A stretch of 63,986 bases of DNA, the filler included, from a bacterium (lineage in GTDB: Bacteria; UBA9089; CG2-30-40-21; SBAY01): assembly GCA_040757115.1 (NCBI GenBank). It is 7 parts of 7 records of this genome, joined end to end, with 100 filler letters (N's around TTAATTAATTAA, not from the genome) between each part and the next. Parts side by side here need not be neighbours in the genome. Positions count along the whole stretch, not along the records: positions 48,987 to 58,565 come from JBFLYA010000143.1; positions 58,666 to 63,986 come from JBFLYA010000255.1; 5 more parts are not named here. One strand, 5' to 3'. This document shows positions 52,044-60,820 of this stretch, one piece after another (position 1 is the stretch's first letter; each line of letters begins with the position of its first letter). The notes beneath the pieces are model-generated. The model had not been told where the DNA came from. It saw only the letters and a program-made list of their open reading frames with translations, and ran no database searches. Position numbers and translations under genes: made by a program.

Positions 52044-53066
52044 TTAAGGAAATTTACTTAATTTTATTTTATTTTTAATCCCTGGCGAAACCATTATTCC
52101 AGAATCTGAGACAATAATGCCTTCCACTGTGTCTAATTTTTCAATCAATTCCATTCCTGCTTTCTCACCTAAGACAAATACTGCGGTAGAAAGAATATCC
52201 GCAATCATTGCCGACGGCGTGATTATCGTCACACTTATGCATAGATTTGCTGGATAGCCGCTTTTGGGGTCAATGATATGATGGTATCTTCTGCCCTTGT
52301 CGATAAAGAAGTGTTCGTAATCACCTGATGTCGCCACAGCCATATTTTTTAGAGGAAAAGCACCTAAAATTTCATTTGCTTTGCGTGGATGCTGAATTCC
52401 AATCTGCCAGAGTTTTCCATAAGGATTTTTACCAATAGCCTTAATGTTTCTCCCAATATCCACCAAGGCATCTTTAATTCCAGCCGATTCAATAATGTCA
52501 ATTGCTTCTTCTACGGCATAGCCTTTGGCTACACCGCCTAAATCTATTTTCATCCCTTCAAGTCCTAAAACAACCTCCCGATTTCGCGGGTTTAATTTCA
52601 CCTGCCGATAATCAACCAATATTGCCTTTTGGGCAATTTTATCTCGTGTCGGAACTATCCCTTTATCTTCTCTGAATCCCCATAATTCTGTAACCGGTCC
52701 AATCGTTACATCAAACGCACCAGTGCTTAAATTAGAATAGGCTACGGACTTTTCCAGAACATAAAAAAGGTCTTTACTAACCTTCATCTTTTTATTACGG
52801 TTAAGAATGGATAACTCACTCTCAGGATTGTGACTTGACATTTTATCTTCAATCTCTTTAATCCGTTCAAAACATCTTTTAATCGTTCCTTCTGCACGGA
52901 GCGGGTCATCATCTATTACCTTAATTTCAGCGATTGTGCCCATTACCACTTGAGTTTTAGAGAAAAGTTGCTTTTTCTCCCCACAACCTGAACTGAAAGT
53001 AAGAAGTAAAATAAATCCAATATTCAACAGCCAAAATCCAAAATTTTTTTTACAATCCCACGCCAT
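52044..53066 (-). CDS. apbE: FAD:protein FMN transferase ApbE (lipoprotein)
   Basis: MGT, GAFDVTIGP, DLGGVAKGY, ATSGDYE, HHIIDP. Confidence 0.95.
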   Translation of the reverse strand: MAWDCKKNFGFWLLNIGFILLLTFSSGCGEKKQLFSKTQVVMGTIAEIKVIDDDPLRAEGTIKRCFERIKEIEDKMSSHNPESELSILNRNKKMKVSKDLFYVLEKSVAYSNLSTGAFDVTIGPVTELWGFREDKGIVPTRDKIAQKAILVDYRQVKLNPRNREVVLGLEGMKIDLGGVAKGYAVEEAIDIIESAGIKDALVDIGRNIKAIGKNPYGKLWQIGIQHPRKANEILGAFPLKNMAVATSGDYEHFFIDKGRRYHHIIDPKSGYPANLCISVTIITPSAMIADILSTAVFVLGEKAGMELIEKLDTVEGIIVSDSGIMVSPGIKNKIKLSKFP

Positions 53067-54048
53067 AAATCACCTCCTGACAATATTCACATTTACCATT
53101 TTTTATCTTATACTCGGTCAATGAATATCCCTCTCGAATAATCAGTTTTTTCTTACAATTAGGACAAAAGGTAGTGTTTGTATCTATATCCCAGATATTT
53201 CCCAGATAGACATATTTTAATTTTAAAATAGCAATCTCGTAAGCCTTTTTCAGGGTTGATACTGGTGTAGGCGGAAGAGTCATTTTATATTGTGGGTAAT
53301 ATTTTGAAAAATGAGTCGGCGTATCATCCCCTAATTCATTTGCTATCCAGTTCACTAATTCCTGTAATATTTCTTCGTTATCATTTAAAGTAGGAATAAT
53401 CAAGTTGGTGACTTCGACCAATTTACCTTTTTCTCTCGATAATTTAGCGGTATTTAGAACAGGGGATAGTTCTCCTTTGGAATATTTCGTATAAAACTTT
53501 GGTTCAAAAGATTTTATATCAATATTAAGGGCATCAATATAAGGTAATAATTCTAACAACGGTTCAGGATTAACAGAGCCGTTAGTGACCAGAACATTGG
53601 TTAATTCCTGTTCTTTAGCTAATTTAGCTGTTTCTAAGACATATTCGAACCAGATGAATGGTTCAGTATAGGTATAGGAAATGCCACTGGACTTTTCTTC
53701 TTTTGCCAGTATAACTGCCTGGTGAGGGCTAAGTTTTTGAGTTTTTGCATCTATGTTTTGTGAGATATGCCAATTCTGGCAAAAATCACAGGCAAAATTA
53801 CATCCAACTGTGCCTAATGAAAGGATTTCACTGCCTGGATAAAAATGGTAGAGTGGTTTTTTTTCAATCGGGTCCATTGCAATTGCAGAGCATTCTTCGT
53901 AGATTTTAGAATAAAGCGTGCCCTCAAGATTTATCCTGACCCGACAAAAACCTACCTTGCCTTGCCCAATAATGCACATTTTGGGACATAAAAGGCATTT
54001 AACCTTGTTATTCTCCTCTAATTTTTCGTAGTATAAAGCTTGTTTCAT
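53050..54048 (-). CDS. amrS: AmmeMemoRadiSam system radical SAM enzyme
   Basis: DPIEKKPLYHFYPG, GCNFACDFCQNW, YTYTEP, YVYLGN. Confidence 0.92.
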   Translation of the reverse strand: MKQALYYEKLEENNKVKCLLCPKMCIIGQGKVGFCRVRINLEGTLYSKIYEECSAIAMDPIEKKPLYHFYPGSEILSLGTVGCNFACDFCQNWHISQNIDAKTQKLSPHQAVILAKEEKSSGISYTYTEPFIWFEYVLETAKLAKEQELTNVLVTNGSVNPEPLLELLPYIDALNIDIKSFEPKFYTKYSKGELSPVLNTAKLSREKGKLVEVTNLIIPTLNDNEEILQELVNWIANELGDDTPTHFSKYYPQYKMTLPPTPVSTLKKAYEIAILKLKYVYLGNIWDIDTNTTFCPNCKKKLIIREGYSLTEYKIKNGKCEYCQEVIYGVGL

Positions 54049-54050
54049 AA

Positions 54051-55898
54051 TTACATTTCACCAGGAAGTTTTTCTTTTAATTCTAACTGAACCAGATACT
54101 CACCTTTTATCTTCTCAAAGTTAACTCCGTCGTTTGAAAAATAACTTCGACCAAAATTATAATAATTATCAATCAATATTTGAACATTGGCTAATTCAGT
54201 TACTTTAAAGATAATTGTATTTTTGCCATTTTTTAAAAGGGAAGGTTTTATGTCAATACTTGCCGTTCTTGTAAAATTACCATAGGTAATATAGGCACAA
54301 CTAATTTTAGGTAGGTCATAGCCATTGACATTTATTAGCAACTCTCCTTTATCATTTGCCGAGTAATAAATTCCTAATCCAGCGGTTTTAACCTTAGATA
54401 AATCGCAATTAACCACAAGTTCCTTTTTAATAGTCTTATTCGGAGAATCGAGTATTCCTGTTTTATCTCCATGCCAATCGCCGCTGTTATCACGAATGAC
54501 ATATCCATATCGTTTCTCAATACAAAATCCATCTGGATGAGTTAGCGGATATGTCCAACCTAAAAAGGTATTAAAATTAACCAGCGAGTAAATGAGACAA
54601 AAGATGATAAAAGAGATAATTACTGGTTTATATTTTTTCTGCTGAATATGATGATACCAAAAATAAAGAGTATAACCAGAAAAAATAATCAAATAAGGAA
54701 CGAATGGCACACGAAACCTTGCCATAACAAAAAATAACAAAATAGCACTCATATATCCAATCATTACTAAAACTAAAAGCAAGATATTTTTATTTAACCT
54801 CCGTAGAGACAGACAAATTCCCATTATTCCCAGTGAGGCAACAAGTCCGAATTGTAACATCAATTTTAATAGCGGGACAGATTTTTCAAATCGTGAATAA
54901 ACAATATCATTATCAGGAATCTCATATCCACTCCAGAATATTGTCCATTTTTTATATAAAAGCCAGAGGTATTTATGGGGTTTTTCTTTTATAAACCTGA
55001 CCGCATCCCGCATCCAGAAGCCCTCATCATCTTTACCCTTTAGATTATCCGCATACGGCGGAATGTAATATATCCCTTCTGAATCCTCATTATTCCCAGC
55101 CCAGAAGGTTACCGGTCCTGACTGAGTTAAAAGGATAAATTTGCCACTATAAATATAATTACGGATAGTCACCGGCGAAATGGCAAGTGCGGTTCCTAAG
55201 AGAATAAAGAAAGAGGCGATTAAAAATCTCTTTTTTAAGCCAAAAACAACCAATACCCATAACAATAAAAAAGGTAAGACGAAAAGTGTTGTTGCCCTTG
55301 ATAAAGCAGAAAGGCCTATCACGATTCCTGTTATCAGATACCATTTTATCGAATTCTTTTCCACACTCTTTAAAAGGAGAAATGAACTCAAGAACAGGGT
55401 AAATGTATCTAATACCGGTGTCAGGATAGTGGTTTCATAGACCATAAAGATACCATAAAATGTACATAACAAAAGGGCAATTAATCCAACCGTTTGATTA
55501 AAGATGCGTGTCCCCACTAAATACACCAGGAAATAACTCCCGCAACCAACAAATATCTGGAATATTACTGCTCTAAAAGGCTCAGTGCCAACAATCAAAT
55601 ATACCAGGGCTAAGAAATAATAATATAAAGGGTTAAATGAATAAGGGGATTTAGGCAATTCACCATTTAATAGCAGTCTGGCTAATCCGTCATACGAACC
55701 TGCATCTGTGCCTTCAAAATGTAAAAAATTTGGGTCATTACTCTTTACCTGAAAAAGATAAATCAATCTTAAAATAATAGCCGCCACAAGGAGACAGATA
55801 AGAATAATTTTATCCTTCGAGATGGAGAGTGGGAAAGATGAAGGCTTGCGGTAATTTTTAGACGGATGTTCTTTTTTCTTTTTAGACTTTTTTTTCAT
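54051..55898 (-). CDS. GT-C (ArnT/PMT-like, family 39) membrane glycosyltransferase
   Basis: D...Y, PLYYYFLA, multiple TM helices, P.TIRNY, ARFRVP. Confidence 0.8.
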   Translation of the reverse strand: MKKKSKKKKEHPSKNYRKPSSFPLSISKDKIILICLLVAAIILRLIYLFQVKSNDPNFLHFEGTDAGSYDGLARLLLNGELPKSPYSFNPLYYYFLALVYLIVGTEPFRAVIFQIFVGCGSYFLVYLVGTRIFNQTVGLIALLLCTFYGIFMVYETTILTPVLDTFTLFLSSFLLLKSVEKNSIKWYLITGIVIGLSALSRATTLFVLPFLLLWVLVVFGLKKRFLIASFFILLGTALAISPVTIRNYIYSGKFILLTQSGPVTFWAGNNEDSEGIYYIPPYADNLKGKDDEGFWMRDAVRFIKEKPHKYLWLLYKKWTIFWSGYEIPDNDIVYSRFEKSVPLLKLMLQFGLVASLGIMGICLSLRRLNKNILLLVLVMIGYMSAILLFFVMARFRVPFVPYLIIFSGYTLYFWYHHIQQKKYKPVIISFIIFCLIYSLVNFNTFLGWTYPLTHPDGFCIEKRYGYVIRDNSGDWHGDKTGILDSPNKTIKKELVVNCDLSKVKTAGLGIYYSANDKGELLINVNGYDLPKISCAYITYGNFTRTASIDIKPSLLKNGKNTIIFKVTELANVQILIDNYYNFGRSYFSNDGVNFEKIKGEYLVQLELKEKLPGEM

Positions 55899-55904
55899 AT
55901 TGAC

Positions 55905-55933
55905 ATTATAGCATCTCTGAATAGTTATGTCAA
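55905..55933 (-). promoter_or_regulatory. Consensus promoter; predicted leaderless transcript
   Basis: TTGACA-N17-TATAAT with TG extension; +1 falls at about the A of ATG 55898. Confidence 0.75.
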
Positions 55934-56108
55934 TAAAAATAAAGGTAAGCGTTCAGCCAAAGACCAGAGAGCATAGACTATAGACTATAGACCATAGACT
56001 ATAGACCAAGGAACCGATGAAAAGCAAGTTTATTCCCCCTTAAATTCGGGACTCGGGACTGGGGGTTCGAGATTCGGGAAGGCTGGTAGCCACAGACTTC
56101 AGCCTGAT

Positions 56109-56216
56109 TTCTCCTGAAAATAGGAAGTAGAAAGTAGAAAGTAAAGAAAACATCACTCCTCACGCCTATCTCCTTACCTCCCACCTTCTATCTCCTACCC
56201 CTATTTTCATCCTCCT
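56109..56216 (-). mobile_element. Family C element (left hairpin missing), truncating the MNT gene
   Basis: Near-identical to 47946-48060. Confidence 0.75.
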
Positions 56217-56467
56217 CGTATATTTTTAATGCCTTCTTTCGTTAGTACATCAACCTTTTTTCCAAATAAGTTTTCAAGATATTCCACAAATCTAATAAAT
56301 TTGAACCCTATTGGTTGCTTGAATTCAACAACTATATCTAAATCACTATCCTTTGTCAGAGTCCCAGTTACCACTGAGCCAAAAATACCGATTTTGGAAA
56401 CACCATATTCAGTCGCTAAAACATTATAATATTTCCTTATTAAATGTGTCACTTCTTTTTTATCCAT
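56207..56467 (-). CDS. Minimal nucleotidyltransferase (MNT antitoxin-like), C-terminus truncated; cassette gene
   Basis: IGIFGS..DSDLDIVVEF..LENLFGKKVDV; begins just after an attC R' site. Confidence 0.85.
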   Translation of the reverse strand: MDKKEVTHLIRKYYNVLATEYGVSKIGIFGSVVTGTLTKDSDLDIVVEFKQPIGFKFIRFVEYLENLFGKKVDVLTKEGIKNIRGG

Positions 56468-56493
56468 TGTCCTTTACCTAAATCATATTTTAC

Positions 56494-56624
56494 GGCTAAC
56501 GATAAAGTTCAGGTGCGGCGGGGAGAATTACCACAAAAGTTTGATAGCAAGATAAAACTTTGAGAGACCACAAAACTCTAATTACGGCACAGCCCCCACC
56601 GTCAACTGCAACGCAGGGTTAGAC
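56494..56624 (-). other. Integron attC site
   Basis: Minus strand: R'' GTCTAAC, 5 nt, L'' GTTGCAG ... L' CTGAAC, 6 nt, R' GTTAGCC. Confidence 0.8.
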
Positions 56625-56730
56625 AAAAGCTCTCATTCGCTGTCTTTTCCTTTTCCTCTGCCTCACCGAATTATTGTGCATTCCACATTCACGGTTTGCC
56701 CCTAAAATATCTCCCTCCTTTTTATATTTT

Positions 56731-56749
56731 GCCTAACAATTTGTTAGAC
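56731..56749 (-). other. Collapsed attC-like remnant (R'' and R' 5 nt apart)
   Basis: GTCTAAC-aaatt-GTTAGGC. Confidence 0.4.
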
Positions 56750-56819
56750 ATCAAATAGGGGAAATGTCCCTCTATTTCCCCTTTATTTCCACTCTATTTC
56801 CTCAGTCAGGCAAAAGATT

Positions 56820-57200
56820 TTAATCTTTGCTTGCCACATAAGCACCAAAGATTATGGCTCCAATTACGAGGATGTCCAAACCGATCAAGAGTAACAAGTA
56901 AGTTGTGTCAAGATCAGAAGGATACAGAAGCCAGCCAGTGAGAGAAAGGCCGCCAATAAGAATAGCCAAAGTTGTAAGAGCAAAAAAAAGGACAGTCTTA
57001 TTGACTTCTTTAAACATCTTGCTTGTAAGGTAGACAGACAAGCATGCGGCGATAAAGCTGCCTATGGCTCTGCCTATATTAGGCCCTGCAGCTACCCATT
57101 CCCCGTGTATTGACTCTCTTGCCTCAAAAATATTTGCCAACAAGAACCACGAAGGCAAGAAGAAGATATATAGCACTATAACAGCGAAAACATTCTTCAT
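56820..57200 (-). CDS. Hypothetical four-TM membrane protein, cassette gene
   Basis: Hydrophobic; GTTAGGA just upstream of the ATG; visibly higher GC than the host. Confidence 0.6.
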   Translation of the reverse strand: MKNVFAVIVLYIFFLPSWFLLANIFEARESIHGEWVAAGPNIGRAIGSFIAACLSVYLTSKMFKEVNKTVLFFALTTLAILIGGLSLTGWLLYPSDLDTTYLLLLIGLDILVIGAIIFGAYVASKD

Positions 57201-57236
57201 GTTTTGTTACTCCTAACGGTGCGGAGCAGGAACGAG

Positions 57237-57590
57237 TTATTGCGATTGCGAGTTGTCTACATCCGTCTTGTTTGCCGAATCTTTCCTTGCATGCTTCACT
57301 TTCAGAACGAAAATAGATACCATCGCCACTACGATTGTGGCAACATTGACAACTGACCATATTTCCCTTGTGAGGTGAACTCGGATGATTGGGTTATATA
57401 TCACCGCAGTAACGCCAAGAACCCACACCACACCTTGCTTCTCTTGGGCAAGTGACTGAATGGCGAGGTAAGCAAAGATGGCACAACACACCCACCGCAG
57501 AAGGATGTAGTATCCGTAGGGGTTCTCTGGGTTGAGCGCCCACAGCAGCATTGCGCTTGAAATGACTTGGGGTATCCAGATTCGTTTCAT
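57237..57590 (-). CDS. Small membrane protein (DUF6804-like), cassette gene
   Basis: PYGYYILLRWVCC..IYNPIIRVHLTREIW; GTTAGAC plus GAGGA RBS before ATG 57590. Confidence 0.7.
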   Translation of the reverse strand: MKRIWIPQVISSAMLLWALNPENPYGYYILLRWVCCAIFAYLAIQSLAQEKQGVVWVLGVTAVIYNPIIRVHLTREIWSVVNVATIVVAMVSIFVLKVKHARKDSANKTDVDNSQSQ

Positions 57591-57599
57591 GTTTTCCTC

Positions 57600-57693
57600 G
57601 TCTAACGTTTTGCGTAACCGGCTCTGCAAAAAGCAGAGTGAGGAACGAACGCCAACGCCACTTTTGCCGTCCGTGTGGACGCAATTGATAATA
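57600..57693 (-). other. attC site with a degenerate R'' box
   Basis: Minus strand: tattatc aattgc gtccac acggacggcaaaag...ctttttgc..ccg gttac gcaaaac GTTAGAC. Confidence 0.65.
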
Positions 57694-57705
57694 ATTAAAA
57701 GGCAC

Positions 57706-57734
57706 TTGAAATCGATCGTACAGTATGATATAAT
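57706..57734 (+). promoter_or_regulatory. Sigma70 promoter toward the structured segment and IS110 gene
   Basis: TTGAAA-N17-TATAAT with TG extension. Confidence 0.75.
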
Positions 57735-57740
57735 ACCAAT

Positions 57741-57931
57741 GAGTTTATCGCTTTAACCACACCTGGATATATATGGGAAACATTAATGGCTTAACCTTCT
57801 CCTCTGAGAGGCTAAATAACCTTCAGAGGCATACATATCCAGTATGTGGCCTGGAAGGCGCTCGGGTTGCTCTCCAGCATTGCCCTATCCTCCTCCCAGG
57901 GGAGAAAGTTAAGAGTGTAACCATAGATTCT
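57741..57931. ncRNA. Candidate structured ncRNA (possible IS110 bridge/seek RNA)
   Basis: Stems ccaca..tggatat..tatg / cata..atatcca..tgtgg, cctctga / tcagagg and cctgg / ccagg; 57791-57802 is complementary to 57901-57912 at 11/12; bracketed by convergent promoters. Confidence 0.5.
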
Positions 57932-57937
57932 ATTTAT

Positions 57938-57966
57938 ATTATAGCCTTTTCTTTAGCTTGCGTCAA
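57938..57966 (-). promoter_or_regulatory. Sigma70 promoter toward the structured segment and cassette array
   Basis: TTGACG-N17-TATAAT on the minus strand. Confidence 0.75.
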
Positions 57967-58108
57967 GAATTATTTTCATAGGCATCAGACTTATTTACCT
58001 TTTCTAACACAAAAATTGTGGAGGAACATATCTCTTATGTCCCTCTTTAAGGTCGATTTAGAAAATTGACCAATAAATCAAAATTTATTAGTATTAAGGA
58101 GGCCCATC

Positions 58109-58309
58109 ATGAAATATCTTGCTTTAGACGCTCATAGCAACTTTTGTTCATTTGGTGTCCTTTCTGAGGACAATAAGATTCTTACCTGCATCGATATTGA
58201 AACAAGTGAGATGAATCTGATTAATGCAATCCAAAGTGTTTCTGGAACCAAAACACTCGTAGTAGAAGAATCACCATTAGCCCATTGGAGGTATGTGCGA
58301 ATTTTATGA
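58109..58309 (+). pseudogene. IS110-family recombinase N-terminal (DEDD) fragment
   Basis: MKYLALDAHS..C.FGV....KIL....TSE..LI......KTLVVEE..LAHW; AAGGAGG RBS; only 66 aa. Confidence 0.75.
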
Positions 58310-58565
58310 AGATAAAAAAGAAGTAAAGAAAAACGGCTAACATTCCGAAATACAATATGAGAAGTAAAAATTATATTGTATTAAAAGGAGGATATGTTAG
58401 CTATGTATATTATCGGCAATTTGGTGGAAGAAATTAAAGTTCAAGATGAAGTTAAGGTAGCATATTGTACTAAATGTGGATCGACTTTTGTTGGAGAGAA
58501 CAGAATCTATACACGGAATGTCAAACAAGGCAAATTCCAGGGTGGAGAAATAGCAAAAGAGGAGG

Positions 58566-58665
58566 NNNNNNNNNNNNNNNNNNNNNNNNNNNNNNNNNNN
58601 NNNNNNNNNTTAATTAATTAANNNNNNNNNNNNNNNNNNNNNNNNNNNNNNNNNNNNNNNNNNNN
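58566..58665. other. Artificial contig spacer
   Basis: N-run, TTAATTAATTAA, N-run. Confidence 0.99.
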
Positions 58666-60366
58666 TACCAAAATGATGGCCAGAGTGCACAAACCTACAC
58701 CATTACTACCAGCCTGATACCCGACCCGGACCCAGATAGATTCGAACCAAATGATAATTTTGATAAGGCGGTAAAGATAGAATTAGGCCAGATAATTACC
58801 GCTACTATTGCCCCTCAAAAGGATAATGATTATTTCAAGCTTAACATTCCGAAAAAAGGGACATTTAGTGCTGTTGTTTCTGAGGTGCCGAAGGAAATTA
58901 ATCCCTTTTTTGCGATGTATGATTCAAATAAAGAGTGGATGAGGAGTGCTCGTGGAGATTATGGTCAGGGTGTAAGTATCCAGTTTACCTCACTTCCGGC
59001 AGGGGATTATTACTTACGGCTATGTGCCCAGGATGATGGGCAGAGTGCTCAGGCATACAAACTTACGACTAATTTTGGTTCCCCTGAAATAACACTACCT
59101 ATGGCTAAAATTACCTCTCCTCAACCCAATTCTCTTCTCTCAGATACAATAACTATATTGGGCACGGCAACGGCTGAGAATTTCTTGAATTATGTATTCC
59201 AATACGGCACTGGCAGCACACCTACCTCCTGGCTAACGATTGCTACTTCCACCACACCAGTTATAAATGGCACTTTAGCTACCTGGAATACTACCCTGTT
59301 AGAAGATGGGACTTATACCTTATGCCTGACAGTAAAAGACAAATTAAACAATATCGCTACAGATACGGTAGTGATAGGTATAGACAATACACCACCAGTA
59401 CTTCAGATTACTTATCCGGTGAATAATTCTATCATTATGCAAGCGACTATTCCCGTTACCGGCACTGCTGATGATGAACATCTATTAAATTGGACACTTG
59501 AATATGGGGCAGGCTATACCCCTCAAACCTATACATTAGTTGCCAGTTCCACTATTTCTGTTATTTCTGGTACTTTAGGGTCAATCTTCTTACCTACAGG
59601 TTCATACACATTAAAATTAACTGCAAAGGACATAACCAATAAAATAGCTACCCATACCGTATCATTTATAATTATTCAAGCTATGCCTACCCCCGCAGAA
59701 ATTCTACAAAAGGTAGCCGATAATCTTAATAAGATTAATGATATGAAGGCGGAGATTACGAATTGGGGAACGAGTACTATTACCGGATGGGGGACAGTGA
59801 CAATTAAAACATTTGGTCCTACTCAAAAGACATATCTTGAGAAAAAACCAGATAAGATAAAAATTGAATCCCCTACTGAGAATATGGCTTATATCATAGA
59901 TGGAGATGTGATGTATGTAAAATTATTTGGTGTTTGGAATCCCTGGACAAAGATATCAGAAACTTTTGGAATAAATCCATCAGAATTGAATATATTGTCT
60001 CCTGAATATCTTCAGGCAAATGAAGTTATTATTAAAGAGTATCTGAATACCTCCGAAGGCAACATTTATATATTAGAAACCACTCCCAAAGGAACAGAAA
60101 CTGGAAAATGGAAAATGATTTCGTATATTAACTATGATAAAGGCATAGTGACTAAAAGTGAAACTTATGATGTTGAAAATAATCTTATAGGTAGTGTAGA
60201 GTATTCAGAGTTTATTTTAGATTCTTCCAGTAGTGCCTGGCTGGCGACTAAATGTATTAATAGAGATATGTGGGAAGGATTTAGCAAAGTTACAGAGACT
60301 ATTTATAGTAATATTCAGATAAATACAGGTATCCCTGATAGTGAATTTGAGCCGGTATTTGAATAG
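58666..60366 (+). CDS. Secreted modular protein: PPC-like repeats, Ig-like domains and a LolA-like C-terminal domain (5' truncated)
   Basis: Open from the contig edge; FEPND..D.DYF; DGTYTL.LTV.D; KKPDKIKIE..YSNIQINTGIPDSEF. Confidence 0.75.
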   Translation, partial: YQNDGQSAQTYTITTSLIPDPDPDRFEPNDNFDKAVKIELGQIITATIAPQKDNDYFKLNIPKKGTFSAVVSEVPKEINPFFAMYDSNKEWMRSARGDYGQGVSIQFTSLPAGDYYLRLCAQDDGQSAQAYKLTTNFGSPEITLPMAKITSPQPNSLLSDTITILGTATAENFLNYVFQYGTGSTPTSWLTIATSTTPVINGTLATWNTTLLEDGTYTLCLTVKDKLNNIATDTVVIGIDNTPPVLQITYPVNNSIIMQATIPVTGTADDEHLLNWTLEYGAGYTPQTYTLVASSTISVISGTLGSIFLPTGSYTLKLTAKDITNKIATHTVSFIIIQAMPTPAEILQKVADNLNKINDMKAEITNWGTSTITGWGTVTIKTFGPTQKTYLEKKPDKIKIESPTENMAYIIDGDVMYVKLFGVWNPWTKISETFGINPSELNILSPEYLQANEVIIKEYLNTSEGNIYILETTPKGTETGKWKMISYINYDKGIVTKSETYDVENNLIGSVEYSEFILDSSSSAWLATKCINRDMWEGFSKVTETIYSNIQINTGIPDSEFEPVFE

Positions 60367-60399
60367 GGGGTAAAATCAAAAGGCAAAGGAGGACTTTTC

Positions 60400-60810
60400 G
60401 TAAGAGTTCAGGTAGGATAAAAATAAGGAGAAAGGGAGAAGATGGAGAAGTGGAGAAAAGAAGAGTTAGGTGATAGGATTATTAATGTCTGTATTAATGT
60501 CCATAAAAAGTTAGTGTCGTGTTGAACAAATAACGCACGGAATTTGATTCTGGTAACTGGTGATTGGTAACTGGTAATTAAATACCGTTGGGCTGAGCTC
60601 AGGGCGAAACTATTTAACCAATTACCAGTTACCAATTATCCGTTTGCAGGTTACGAAACCTGATGATGCCCCGTGCAAAAGTTACTCAACACGACACTAG
60701 GATTGATGTCCAAAGGGTGGAGCAAGGAAAAGTTTGAGCCATTTCTCCAATTCTCCCTTTTCCCCATTTCTCCTTGTTTACACTTCTAATGTATAGCCCT
60801 GAACGGTTAC
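60400..60810. mobile_element. GTAA-ended MITE with a GxxExxY N-terminal remnant and a nested TA-targeting MITE at 60512-60699
   Basis: Perfect 8-bp TSD gacttttc (60392-60399, 60811-60818); MEKWRKEELGDRIINVCINVHKKL|G; inner TIR tagtgtcgtgttga. Confidence 0.88.
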
Positions 60811-60820
60811 GACTTTTCAA

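Noticed and set aside
57773-58069. 98-aa ORF over the structured segment
   Set aside because: No SD or recognisable motif, and it spans a promoter; a non-coding reading is more parsimonious, though not proven.
58394-58565. Small CxxC ORF at the contig end
   Set aside because: It has an RBS and may be real, but it is cut by the gap and too short to assign.
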